Source: Sphaeroforma arctica JP610
Taxonomy: Eukaryota
DNA length: 32,447 bases
Direction of reading: 5' to 3'
Assembly: GCF_001186125.1 (NCBI RefSeq)
Contig: NW_014040426.1
Coordinates: forward strand, 36,992-69,438
Part shown: in pieces, positions 32,265 through 32,447 of the stretch
How positions within the stretch are numbered: position 1 is the first letter of the stretch
Layout: the number at the start of each line of letters is the position of its first letter
Position numbers and translations under genes: made by a program
Notes under the pieces: generated by a model
Told to the model about the DNA's origin: nothing
Databases searched by the model: none
The model's input: the letters and a program-made list of their open reading frames with translations, nothing else

Positions 32265-32447
32265 TATTGACCGAGGATGAACAATGTAAAACTTCGATGG
32301 AAATTACTAGGTTTCAAGCTATATTAAGCTAAAGTACAATTTAGTCAGTTAGGATTTAGCAGTGGTAGCTTGTGTAAGAATGATCGGGACTGCCTCTTGT
32401 TAAGAGCCTAAATATCCTCGATCACACAGGGCGTACCTCTAGCTGTT

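Overview
Eukaryotic genomic scaffold with spliceosomal introns, (TA)n microsatellites and two N gaps. An intron-rich receptor tyrosine kinase with a non-animal ectodomain suggests a unicellular holozoan such as an ichthyosporean (inference). Bases 1-15,000 are decayed retroelements: a plus-strand Ty3/Gypsy pol fragment, a long minus-strand Ty3/Gypsy region, and a plus-strand Ty1/Copia fragment. The minus-strand Gypsy pol reads PR-RT-RNaseH-[Dam-like N6-adenine DNA methyltransferase]-DDE integrase-GPY/F-chromodomain-GPY/F-chromodomain and is preceded by two gag-like ORFs. An adenine methyltransferase inside a protease- and integrase-encoding Gypsy pol is the main unusual finding; this copy is pseudogenised. 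Bases 16,454-26,046 (minus) hold an apparently intact 15-exon RTK of about 1,526 aa (signal peptide, beta-helix repeats, EGF/TNFR-like Cys repeats, SEA-like module, TM, tyrosine kinase with DMG for DFG). Bases 26,400-32,447 are AT-rich, with two MITE-like elements, a piggyBac-like transposase relic missed by the ORF track, and a disrupted coiled-coil ORF. All domain calls come from manual translation and motif recognition; no database searches were run.
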